A stretch of 31,362 bases of DNA from an uncultured Ectothiorhodospiraceae bacterium (GTDB lineage: Bacteria > Pseudomonadota > Gammaproteobacteria > GCA-002705445 > GCA-002716945). Numbering within the stretch: position 1 is the first letter of the stretch; each line of letters opens with the position of its first letter. Positions 18,876-26,928 of the stretch are shown here, in pieces. The notes under the pieces were generated by a model. The model searched no databases, was not told where the DNA came from, and worked only from the letters and a program-made list of their open reading frames with translations. Where the stretch lies: NCBI GenBank assembly GCA_964342835.1, contig CAYFGJ010000001.1:1-31362 (forward strand), read 5' to 3'. The position numbers and the translations under genes were made by a program.

Positions 18876-18934
18876 ATTAGTGGTTGATTTTTAAAGTTAG
18901 ATTATATTAACTAATATCTTTTTCAACCACTAAT
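18876..18934. repeat. Long stem-loop between the Cu receptor and exbB
   Basis: Perfect 12-bp inverted repeat ATTAGTGGTTGA (18876-18887) / TCAACCACTAAT (18923-18934), with further inner pairing (AAAG/CTTT, TTAG/CTAA). Confidence 0.8.
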
Positions 18935-18950
18935 CACAATTATTTACATA

Positions 18951-21035
18951 TTAAAAATCAACAATTAATGATCCCCAAAAACTTCTGCCGGGCTCATCTA
19001 CTCTATCAGCATCAGAATCAATAGCATTGGTGATATTTAAGTGTGTTGCATAGCGTTTATCGGTTAAGTTATTAACTCCTAAGGTAAGCTTATAATTAGG
19101 AGTTGGTTCAAAACCCGCATAAAGATCATACACCACATAGCCACCAGTTTTACCCACATCATAAATACGAGTGTCGACATTATCTTGAGTATCAGCAAAA
19201 CGGGCTCTGATCCCAAAATTAGTAGTTACGGTAACATAATCGACACTCATATCACCAGAAAGGGGCATTATCTGTGGCAAAGCAATATTGGTGGTATCAT
19301 CTGTACCATTTGTATAATTCAAATTTAATGTGGTAGATAAGTTAGGTGAAAATGATTTCATTAAAGTTAATTCATATCCCCATATTGTTGCATCCACATT
19401 TTTATATTTCTGTGCATCTGTAGCATCATTATCAAAAGTTGTATCTGTTGCACTCATTGATGCGCGATATGATGTAACAAAGTCATTAATATCATTGTGA
19501 TATATAGATGCATTTAAATTTGTATCAAACAATTTACCAACATAACCAAATTCAATAGTGTTATGTGTTTCTTCTTTCAAATTTGGATTACCTATATTTC
19601 TTCTTCTGTATTTTCCAGCCATTGCCATAGAGGTTTTTGCAGAATATAATTCTGTTGCATCTGGAGTTCTCTGGTTACGACTAAATGAAAGATAATAATT
19701 TCCATCTTGAAAATCTTTTTTATATCTTAAAAAGCCGCTCAAATTATTAAAATCTCTTTTACCAGCAGTTACTCCATAAAGACTATTAGCAGAAACTTGT
19801 AACGCGTGGTCACTACCTGGATCATCTGCAGCCCTTGTAGCATGTGTTTCAATTTGATCAAGTCTTAAGCCATAAGTCAAAATTGTATTAGTATTTAACT
19901 TATTATCTTTTTCCATAAAAATTCCAAATTTCTCGATTTCTACACCAGGCCATAAATATGTTAAATGATAATTAGTTCCACTAATCATCATATTTTGTTC
20001 AGCATCTCGAGTATTTTCTTCATAATCTATACCAACTCTCATATTCTTTCCGATTGTACCTATCAATCGTCCTCCATATGTATCAGATGCGGCAGGTGTT
20101 TTCATTTTCATTTCACTACCTCTTTCATTTGCAGATCGAACAGTATAGTTATCCATAAAATGATCCATATCTGATTGGAAAAGTTCAAAATTTAAACTAC
20201 TAAATGGTCCAACAGGGTTAGGGGTACGGTATTTAAAACTATAAATATCTGTGTAACTATAGACAATGTCCATTAACAAGCCAGCATATTCAACATTTTC
20301 CTGTTTATTGTTGTCATATATTATTTCAACTTTTGATCCACTAGATGTTCGTTGCCCAAGTATAAATGCATAATCTGATGTGCGATAAGCGGTTGCAGGT
20401 TTTATTCCTGTACCTGTTTCATATCGATTGGCATCAGAATAAGATCCATTGATTCTGAAATATGTATTGCCACTTCCAAATGTTATATCACCAATCGTAG
20501 TAGCAGCTTCAGAGTTAGAATCAAATGTTTGACCTATTTTTAACTTATATGGTTTTTGTTCTTTTTGATCTTTATTATTTGTTATATATGGCAACGGCTC
20601 TGTAACACGCTCAAAGTTCAAAGCACCTCCTGGTCCTCCAGCCCCAAACATTACAGATTGAGTTCCTTTAATCAAAGTAACAGAATCATAGTTTTCAATA
20701 TTTACATACGTAGTAGCAGGATCCATTTTAGAAGAACAAGAACCATATACCATTGCTCCATCCATAAAAGTATTTAATCGTTGATCACTTAAACCTCTAA
20801 TAGAAATATCTAATCCATGTCCCCCTCTTCTTATTGTATTAACTCCGTTAATATTTTTTAATAAATCTCCACCGTCAACAGGGTTAGAGGTCTTAAGATC
20901 TTCAATAGCTTCAATACTATTAGTATTTAATACATCAGGGCTTATAATTTTAATCCCTGTCAAATTTTCATCTGCGTTAGCATACGTTATATAACTTACT
21001 AATAACGATACTGATAATAATATATTTTTTTTCAT
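18951..21035 (-). CDS. TonB-dependent copper receptor, OprC/NosA-like
   Basis: Plug DGGDLL..INGV..IRRGGHG.D..IRG; CxxxM (GSCSSKMDP) and HxM (DHFMDNY) copper ligands; terminal Phe. Start placed at 21035 (SD AAAGGAGGA), not 21083. Confidence 0.85.
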   Translation of the reverse strand: MKKNILLSVSLLVSYITYANADENLTGIKIISPDVLNTNSIEAIEDLKTSNPVDGGDLLKNINGVNTIRRGGHGLDISIRGLSDQRLNTFMDGAMVYGSCSSKMDPATTYVNIENYDSVTLIKGTQSVMFGAGGPGGALNFERVTEPLPYITNNKDQKEQKPYKLKIGQTFDSNSEAATTIGDITFGSGNTYFRINGSYSDANRYETGTGIKPATAYRTSDYAFILGQRTSSGSKVEIIYDNNKQENVEYAGLLMDIVYSYTDIYSFKYRTPNPVGPFSSLNFELFQSDMDHFMDNYTVRSANERGSEMKMKTPAASDTYGGRLIGTIGKNMRVGIDYEENTRDAEQNMMISGTNYHLTYLWPGVEIEKFGIFMEKDNKLNTNTILTYGLRLDQIETHATRAADDPGSDHALQVSANSLYGVTAGKRDFNNLSGFLRYKKDFQDGNYYLSFSRNQRTPDATELYSAKTSMAMAGKYRRRNIGNPNLKEETHNTIEFGYVGKLFDTNLNASIYHNDINDFVTSYRASMSATDTTFDNDATDAQKYKNVDATIWGYELTLMKSFSPNLSTTLNLNYTNGTDDTTNIALPQIMPLSGDMSVDYVTVTTNFGIRARFADTQDNVDTRIYDVGKTGGYVVYDLYAGFEPTPNYKLTLGVNNLTDKRYATHLNITNAIDSDADRVDEPGRSFWGSLIVDF

Positions 21036-21109
21036 GTTTTTCCTCCTTTGGTTAATTAGATATTTGCAACATGTCAAAGACATTGCAAAAAAATAAATAT
21101 TATTGGTGT

Positions 21110-21424
21110 TTAAAATTGATTAGGAGGTGAACGTAGTTTAGGTGATATTAAAAAAGTAACAATAGATATGTCTTTATAAGACAAATTTTTTGCAGCAATT
21201 AAATCTAAAGATTCTAGATTTTCTAGATTAAGTTGTGAATCATATGAAAAATAATCTGGTGAAGATTGATAATTTGCATGCCTATCATTTGAATCTGATA
21301 ATTTACACAGATATGAAGTTTCATATGTTTTTATATCATTTGATGCAATAGATAGTAGTGGTAGCAATAAAATAGCCACACTTAAAAATATTGTAAAAAA
21401 ATTATGTATTATTGTATTTTTCAA
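21110..21424 (-). CDS. Putative leader/arrest peptide (CruR/DUF2946-like) upstream of the Cu receptor
   Basis: TTG start with GGGG SD, N-terminal hydrophobic signal segment, C-terminal LRSPP three residues before the stop; directly upstream of the OprC-like gene. Confidence 0.55.
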   Translation of the reverse strand: MKNTIIHNFFTIFLSVAILLLPLLSIASNDIKTYETSYLCKLSDSNDRHANYQSSPDYFSYDSQLNLENLESLDLIAAKNLSYKDISIVTFLISPKLRSPPNQF

Positions 21425-21465
21425 ATTTAACCCCGGTAGGTATTATAAACCAAATATTTATATTT

Positions 21466-21503
21466 AAAAAGTATAGCAGGTTATTTTTTATAACCTGCTA
21501 TAC
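21466..21503 (-). terminator. Intrinsic terminator of the candidate sRNA
   Basis: 14-bp perfect stem GTATAGCAGGTTAT/ATAACCTGCTATAC (21471-21503), 5-nt loop, followed by TTTTT on the minus strand. Confidence 0.88.
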
Positions 21504-21507
21504 AACT

Positions 21508-21534
21508 TCACATCGGAGAATGATGAAAGTTCTT
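21508..21534 (-). repeat. 27-nt direct repeat copy 1 (AAGAACTTTCATCATTCTCCGATGTGA on minus strand)
   Basis: 26/27 identical to 21753-21779, with a 21-nt exact core. Confidence 0.95.
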
Positions 21535-21625
21535 TGCAATATTAACAGGGTCAGACATCCTAGGGAAAGTTACTAGTTCTAATGAAATCTTCATATAAAT
21601 TATGTCAACCTGTCCCTGCATAACT

Positions 21626-21644
21626 GCAAATGAGAATCATTATC
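21626..21644. promoter_or_regulatory. Fur box
   Basis: GCAAATGAGAATCATTATC, 16/19 match to GATAATGATAATCATTATC; overlaps the -10 and start site. Confidence 0.85.
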
Positions 21645-21670
21645 ATATAAGAATTAGCCATGTCTGTCAA
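21642..21670 (-). promoter_or_regulatory. Sigma70 promoter of the candidate sRNA
   Basis: TTGACA (21670-21665)-17 nt-TATGAT (21647-21642). Confidence 0.8.
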
Positions 21671-21704
21671 TAGAATATTAGTAACATTTAGTGTTTTTAT
21701 GATT

Positions 21705-21735
21705 AAAATAATACAGCCAGCAAAAGCTGGCTGTA
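21705..21735 (-). terminator. Intrinsic terminator of the FecA-like receptor gene
   Basis: 10-bp stem TACAGCCAGC/GCTGGCTGTA (21712-21735), 4-nt loop, then TTATTTT on the minus strand. Confidence 0.88.
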
Positions 21736-21752
21736 CTACGTATAACTAACAC

Positions 21753-21779
21753 TCACACCGGAGAATGATGAAAGTTCTT
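21753..21779 (-). repeat. 27-nt direct repeat copy 2, starting in the receptor stop codon and running through the 3' UTR
   Basis: AAGAACTTTCATCATTCTCCGGTGTGA; a single A/G difference from copy 1. Confidence 0.95.
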
Positions 21780-24021
21780 AGAAATCTAATTTAACCCCAG
21801 CCATAAATGTCTGTGGTTTATTAGGCCTTTTGCCATAGTTGTGTTCAGAAGCTACTATAGTTTTATCAAATAAATTATCAATATTGATAAAGCCACGAGC
21901 ATTTCTAACTCCAGCAACTTTGATCGGTAAATTCATACTTGAATGCAAGTCAAATAACCATGCTTTACCAGTTCTGTAAGTATTCTCAGCATTAGTAAAT
22001 GTATCGTCGTGATACTTAGCACCTAATGTTACATCCCAATTTGGAGTTTCAGCTCCTAGAGAAACATACATTTGAAAATCTGGTACATAAGCAATAGATT
22101 TACCCAATTGACGTGGTTCGTCATCTGTATTTGTTTTATATTCAGAACTTTGAAGTATACCACTTACTAGTAATGGGTATTTTATTGACTTCATAGATGA
22201 ATGGCCTTTCATTGTTGGTGCTGCAAAAATATCAGCTAATCTGTATTGGAATTCAACGCCATGAATTTCAGCTTTACCGGCATTGTTTGAATCACCAATA
22301 TTACCAGTACATCCGTTGGCAATTAAACATGATTCTAACAAGTTATCGTAATCTACATAAAATGCAATAAGTTCTATAAAGCTATCAGGCGTGCTCATTC
22401 TGAGCCCTACTTCATAATTATCAGATTCTTCAGGAGTAGCATCTGCTGATGTTCCTGCACCAATAGGTGAATAACCTTGATGATAACCAGCAAATATTTG
22501 TGCTCCACCAGGTATTTGATAAACTGTTGCCGCACTCATCATAGTTTCATCATCATTAACATCCTGTTTTGAGTTACCTGGATTAGCTTCAGTTCCATCA
22601 TTAGACTCAGTATCTTCATATCTTAATCCAAGAGTGGTTGTAAAATTTCCATGTGTGATGATATCTTTGATGTGCCATGATTCAGCATCGGTATCTTTTA
22701 ATTCACCAGCGCCCTCTGTAGCACCTGTTTCTGATTTAAATGTTAAAGTGTTATTAGAATCAAGGCCATATTTACGAATAAAACCACTATCTTGTCTTAA
22801 ACGATAATCTTTATGACGTCTATAACCAATTTCTATATCATGGTTACCCATTTGTTTATTTATTACAAACTGAACACCTGTCATTCCATAATCTCTGTGT
22901 CCCATAGCCATTTCTAGATATTCGTTTGAGTCTGTAGCAGTAGTACCTGTAATAATATTACAAGCTCTAAGTTCATTTCCTGCATCTGCTGCACACGCAC
23001 CTTGCATATCTAGAGCTGATAGTGAAACAGATGAAACTGATCCACTGCCATTACCTTGTGGGTCAACATATACTTTGCCCATCTTACCCCAGAGTCTACT
23101 AAATCTTGTTTTATAAAGTTTAGAAGTAACTCTCATGGTTGATGAAGGTTCCATATAATGTGTAAAAATATAGCGGTGATAATCTGCATCCATTTGATCT
23201 GCTGCCGAAGCGCCATATCTTTGGAATGGATCAGAATGAAATGCTGCAGTTGTTAATCCAATGTATGTTTCATTAGATGTTTCTTCAGTGTTTTGACTTG
23301 ATAATTCAAAATATTGATTCCACTTACTCCCAACTGGTGTATATCTGATTTTAAATAAATCACTTGTTTTATCGAAACCAGTATCACCTGGATTACTTGT
23401 CCCTTTAATACTTTTATAACCGTCGGCACGATAGTCATGTATTTCAAAAACATAACTTATTGATGGTGTAAGTTGTGCACCATAATAAGCATGATTTCTA
23501 TTAAAACCATCATCACCTAAAGTAAAAGAATAATGTCCTTTCGTTCCTTTAGTAGGTACTTGTCGCGATATCCAGTTGATAGTTCCTGCTGTTGTTTTTG
23601 GTCCTGTTCCGACTGCTGCAGGTCCTTTTAGAACTTCAACACCTTCCATACGTCCAGTATCTGGATAAAAATACATGCTAAAGTTGGAATACTGCGCAGG
23701 TCCCTGTAGAACACCATCTTCCATAGTATTAATTTTCTGCGATCTTAATGGATTTACCCCTCTCATTCCAAGATTGGTACGTAGTCCATATCCATCTTCA
23801 GTCTGAGAATACACGCCAGGTATACGAGATAATATTCTCTCTGGATCTGTATAATTGTATTTTTTTATTTCATCATCACCTATAAAGTGTGCTGAACCAG
23901 CTTGTTGTGTCTCATCTTGAGAACCAAATACACTTACTGATCCTAGATCTTCTGCATCAGAAATATTAGTTGTTAATATTAATGCTGCACTTATAGATAA
24001 TAATCTTCCTATAATTTTCAT
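21778..24021 (-). CDS. TonB-dependent iron receptor, FecA-like family
   Basis: IPGVY...EDGYGLR.N.GMRG..P.RS.KI..MEDG, MEGVEVLKGP, terminal Phe; Fur boxes upstream. Start placed at 24021 (SD GAGG) rather than 24033. Confidence 0.85.
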   Translation of the reverse strand: MKIIGRLLSISAALILTTNISDAEDLGSVSVFGSQDETQQAGSAHFIGDDEIKKYNYTDPERILSRIPGVYSQTEDGYGLRTNLGMRGVNPLRSQKINTMEDGVLQGPAQYSNFSMYFYPDTGRMEGVEVLKGPAAVGTGPKTTAGTINWISRQVPTKGTKGHYSFTLGDDGFNRNHAYYGAQLTPSISYVFEIHDYRADGYKSIKGTSNPGDTGFDKTSDLFKIRYTPVGSKWNQYFELSSQNTEETSNETYIGLTTAAFHSDPFQRYGASAADQMDADYHRYIFTHYMEPSSTMRVTSKLYKTRFSRLWGKMGKVYVDPQGNGSGSVSSVSLSALDMQGACAADAGNELRACNIITGTTATDSNEYLEMAMGHRDYGMTGVQFVINKQMGNHDIEIGYRRHKDYRLRQDSGFIRKYGLDSNNTLTFKSETGATEGAGELKDTDAESWHIKDIITHGNFTTTLGLRYEDTESNDGTEANPGNSKQDVNDDETMMSAATVYQIPGGAQIFAGYHQGYSPIGAGTSADATPEESDNYEVGLRMSTPDSFIELIAFYVDYDNLLESCLIANGCTGNIGDSNNAGKAEIHGVEFQYRLADIFAAPTMKGHSSMKSIKYPLLVSGILQSSEYKTNTDDEPRQLGKSIAYVPDFQMYVSLGAETPNWDVTLGAKYHDDTFTNAENTYRTGKAWLFDLHSSMNLPIKVAGVRNARGFINIDNLFDKTIVASEHNYGKRPNKPQTFMAGVKLDF

Positions 24022-24047
24022 ATATAACCTCATTTATATTTTTAAAC

Positions 24048-24066
24048 GCAAATAATTCTCATTATC
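24048..24066. promoter_or_regulatory. Fur box
   Basis: GATAATGAGAATTATTTGC (minus strand), 15/19 match; overlaps the receptor promoter -10. Confidence 0.75.
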
Positions 24067-24091
24067 TTATAGATTCCTGTACAAATGTCAA
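24064..24091 (-). promoter_or_regulatory. Sigma70 promoter of the FecA-like receptor
   Basis: TTGACA (24091-24086)-16 nt-TAAGAT (24069-24064), bracketed by two Fur boxes; same -10/Fur layout as at 21642. Confidence 0.65.
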
Positions 24092-24092
24092 T

Positions 24093-24111
24093 AAAAATGA
24101 GAATCATTATC
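24093..24111. promoter_or_regulatory. Fur box
   Basis: AAAAATGAGAATCATTATC, 16/19 match; lies between the receptor and the divergent exbD-exbD-tonB genes. Confidence 0.82.
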
Positions 24112-24212
24112 ATTTATAGTATTATTTAGCAAATATGAAGAATTTAGATATTTTTGTTATTAGTGATTATTTGATACAATTTTTAAGCTGTTAATAAAGA
24201 AATGGAGAAAAT

Positions 24213-24599
24213 ATGGTAAGAATCAGTTTAACACCTATAATAGATGTGGTTTTTATTCTATTGATATTTTTTATGCTAGCTACAAATTTCCAGCAGTTTA
24301 ATAAGATGGATATTAATGTAACTACAGAATCTTCTAGCATATCAGCTAGTGACAAGAAAATCTTTGTTATAGAGTTTGATCAAAAAGGAAATTATAAATT
24401 AAATGATACTCCTAATTCTCTTGAGACAATAGAGAAAAATATTTTGTCTGCTAATCTTGATAAAGATAAATATTTGGTTGTGATAAAACCAGAAAAAAAT
24501 ACTGAATTGCAAACAACATTCAAAGTAATAGAAAGTCTTAATAATAAAAAAATTCAAAATATAACGCTTGGTATATCTAAAAATGAAACTGAAAGATAA
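24213..24599 (+). CDS. exbD: Biopolymer transport protein ExbD (copy 1)
   Basis: LTPIIDVVFILLIFFM transmembrane segment with the essential Asp; SD GGAGA. Confidence 0.88.
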   Translation: MVRISLTPIIDVVFILLIFFMLATNFQQFNKMDINVTTESSSISASDKKIFVIEFDQKGNYKLNDTPNSLETIEKNILSANLDKDKYLVVIKPEKNTELQTTFKVIESLNNKKIQNITLGISKNETER

Positions 24600-24978
24600 G
24601 AAAAATATTAGAATTGATGACAATAACCTATTACCTTTGGTTAATATTATTTTTCTACTATTAATTTTTTTCATGATGGCGGGTATTATTGAAAAGAAGA
24701 AAGACCTATATAATATTAATCTTGCTACTGCGACAATTGAAAGTTATGTAGAAGAAGATAAAAGTATTTTGTATCTATATGGAAATGGAAATATAAGACT
24801 AAATGATAAAAAAATAAAAATTCATAATCTTGAGAAATTATTAACTGAGAATGATAAAAAAGATTTACTAGTAGCAGCTGATGCAACTATCACTGCAAAA
24901 ACATTGAACAAAACACTCGAAATTTTAAATAAAATAAAAGTAAATAAATTAACTTTACTGACATTAAAAAATGAATAA
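24583..24978 (+). CDS. exbD: Biopolymer transport protein ExbD (copy 2, Asp-to-Asn in TM)
   Basis: LLPLVNIIFLLLIFFM, C-terminal AADA..T...L. ATG at 24583 preferred over TTG at 24568. Confidence 0.8.
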   Translation: MKLKDKKNIRIDDNNLLPLVNIIFLLLIFFMMAGIIEKKKDLYNINLATATIESYVEEDKSILYLYGNGNIRLNDKKIKIHNLEKLLTENDKKDLLVAADATITAKTLNKTLEILNKIKVNKLTLLTLKNE

Positions 24979-25537
24979 AGAACAAAGTTTATCTGGATAT
25001 ATTCTACTGGCATTTATTATTCATGTCTTTGCATTTGTATCTTTGCATCATACAAGCTTCGTAAATGATATATCTAAAATTGGAGATTCTGGTATGGAAG
25101 TTCAAATGATCTTTTTACAGAAAAAAGTAACAAGGTCTGAAGAGACATTTTCTGTTGATCCAATTAAAAAAAAGGAGGTAGAAATTCAAAAAGAAAATAA
25201 AGAAATTATTATGGATAACCGTAAAATAGGTGAGTCTGTAAAGATCACATACAATTCATATCAAGCTAAAGTAAGACAGATTATAGATGGAAATAAAAAA
25301 TATCCACTACTATCCAGACAGAGGCGTCAAGAAGGTACAGTCATTGCAAAATTTACAATATTAAAAAATGGAACTGTTGATAAATTAATTTTAAGATCAT
25401 CTGGTTATCGTGGCTTAGATAGAGAAGCTAGACGTATGATTATGGCTTCATCTCCATTTCCACCAATACCAGATAATGTTAGTAAAAGTCCAATGAACTT
25501 TACCGTTCCAATTAATTTTACTCTGAATACATACTAA
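24971..25537 (+). CDS. tonB: Energy transducer TonB (short, no Pro-rich linker)
   Basis: N-terminal TM with His (IIHVF), C-terminal YP..SRQRRQEG.V...F.I..NG.V...SSG...LD.EA. Confidence 0.85.
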   Translation: MNKEQSLSGYILLAFIIHVFAFVSLHHTSFVNDISKIGDSGMEVQMIFLQKKVTRSEETFSVDPIKKKEVEIQKENKEIIMDNRKIGESVKITYNSYQAKVRQIIDGNKKYPLLSRQRRQEGTVIAKFTILKNGTVDKLILRSSGYRGLDREARRMIMASSPFPPIPDNVSKSPMNFTVPINFTLNTY

Positions 25538-26928
25538 TCGGTCTTATACCAATTTAATTTATCTCTTAATCTAACAACCGTTCCTATAATAAATATAGTT
25601 GGTGCAGATGGTTTTTTTTGTTTTACAACAGACGGCATATCTTTAAGAGTTGAAATATATTCTTTTTGATCTGATGTTGTTCCCTGTTGGATAAGTGCAC
25701 ATGGTGTTGTTTCTGACAAACCATGATTAATTAATTCATTACATATAATATCTATTGAAACCAAGCCCATATAAAAGACAATTGTTTGTTTATCTTGTAC
25801 CAGATTATCCCAATTCAAATTTAGTTTTCCATCTTTTAAATGTCCAGTAACAAAAACACATGATTGAGCATGATCTCTGTGTGTAAGGGGTATACCACTG
25901 TAGGCTGAACAACCCGATGCAGATGTAATTCCTGGAACAACTTGAAAGGATATTTTTTCATCAACCAATGTATCTATTTCTTCTCCTCCTCTTCCAAAAA
26001 TAAATGGATCTCCACCTTTAAGTCTTAATACCCTGTTACCTTCTTTTGCATACTTAACCAACAACTCATTAATTTCCTCTTGTCTTACTACATGAAAATC
26101 TCTCTCTTTTCCAACATATATTTTTTTAGCATCTCTTCTTATAAGATTAATAATGTCAGGATGAACTAAACGATCAAAAAGAGCTATGTCCGCTTGTTGC
26201 ATAAGTCTCAAAGCTCTAAAAGTAAGTAAATCAGGATCACCTGGTCCAGCACCAACTAGATATACTTCACCTTGATTTTTTTTCTTTTCATCAAAAATTT
26301 TTATTTCCGATTTCAAAAATTGTACAGCTTGTTCTTCTTGGCCACTCAATACTAATTCTGCAAACTTTCCATTTAACATTTGTTCCCAAAATATTCTGTT
26401 TGATTTTGAATTACGCATTTTTTCCCGAACTGATATTCTATTATCAGAAACTATTTTAGCTAATCTCCCATAAGCACCTGGAATCATTGTTTCTAATTTG
26501 GTACGTAACATCCTTGCGAGGACAGGTGAAGATCCTCCTGTTGATACAGCAACTGTGATAGGTCCTCTTTCCAATAGAGATGGGAAAATAAAATCACATA
26601 ATTTGGGTTTATCTACAACATTAACAAATATATTTTTTTTATTTGTATCATGTGCAATTGTTTCATTAAGTTTTTCATCATCTGTGGCTACAATTACAAA
26701 TTGAAATTTTTTTGGATCTAGAACGTTATCTGAATATTTTTTATTTATAAGGGTTATATTATTTTTTACTGATAAATCTTTTATATAATCTGTAAAATCA
26801 GGAGAAACAATTGTAATATTCGCATTAACTTTTACTAATAAATCTACTTTTCTCTCAGCAACATCTCCGCCACCAATCAATAAGACGTTTTTTTTATTAA
26901 GATTGAAAAAAAAGGGAAAATATTTCAT
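25534..26928 (-). CDS. cysG: Siroheme synthase (multifunctional CysG)
   Basis: IGGGDVAERK, NVVD.P..CDF, STGG.SPVLAR, LVGAGPGDPDLLT, RLKGGDPFIFGRGGEE, VPGITSA. Confidence 0.96.
   Translation of the reverse strand: MKYFPFFFNLNKKNVLLIGGGDVAERKVDLLVKVNANITIVSPDFTDYIKDLSVKNNITLINKKYSDNVLDPKKFQFVIVATDDEKLNETIAHDTNKKNIFVNVVDKPKLCDFIFPSLLERGPITVAVSTGGSSPVLARMLRTKLETMIPGAYGRLAKIVSDNRISVREKMRNSKSNRIFWEQMLNGKFAELVLSGQEEQAVQFLKSEIKIFDEKKKNQGEVYLVGAGPGDPDLLTFRALRLMQQADIALFDRLVHPDIINLIRRDAKKIYVGKERDFHVVRQEEINELLVKYAKEGNRVLRLKGGDPFIFGRGGEEIDTLVDEKISFQVVPGITSASGCSAYSGIPLTHRDHAQSCVFVTGHLKDGKLNLNWDNLVQDKQTIVFYMGLVSIDIICNELINHGLSETTPCALIQQGTTSDQKEYISTLKDMPSVVKQKKPSAPTIFIIGTVVRLRDKLNWYKTD

Larger units (their letters stand above)
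21466..21637 (-). ncRNA. Candidate Fur-repressed small RNA (~170 nt, RyhB/PrrF-like architecture)
   Basis: Own promoter with overlapping Fur box, pairable 5' domain, CU-rich anti-SD seed and strong terminator. Start position is an estimate. Confidence 0.65.

Noticed and set aside
21036-21083. Longer N-termini given by the ORF track (21083, 24033, 14671, 24568)
   Set aside because: Downstream ATGs have better SD sequences or match the family N-termini and signal peptides.
21121-21130. Perfect SD (TAGGAGGTGA) on the plus strand
   Set aside because: It is the antisense of the Ser-Pro-Pro codons of the leader ORF; no properly spaced ORF follows.
21424-21434. 11-nt match AATTTAACCCC shared with 21788-21798
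   Set aside because: Its offset (364 nt) differs from that of the 27-nt repeat (245 nt). One copy is an SD region and the other is coding, so it is likely chance.
21603-21608. Second TTGACA inside the candidate sRNA
   Set aside because: No acceptable -10 at 16-18 nt, and the hexamer is explained by pairing in the 5' stem.
21508-21779. The two 27-nt repeats as a minimal CRISPR array for the Cas6-like protein
   Set aside because: Only two copies, 218 nt apart with a promoter and terminator between them; no palindromic repeat structure or spacer-sized interval.
18236-25537. Metal-uptake block as a mobile genomic island
   Set aside because: No integrase, transposase, tRNA or flanking direct repeats seen; its end genes overlap the stop codons of both neighbours.
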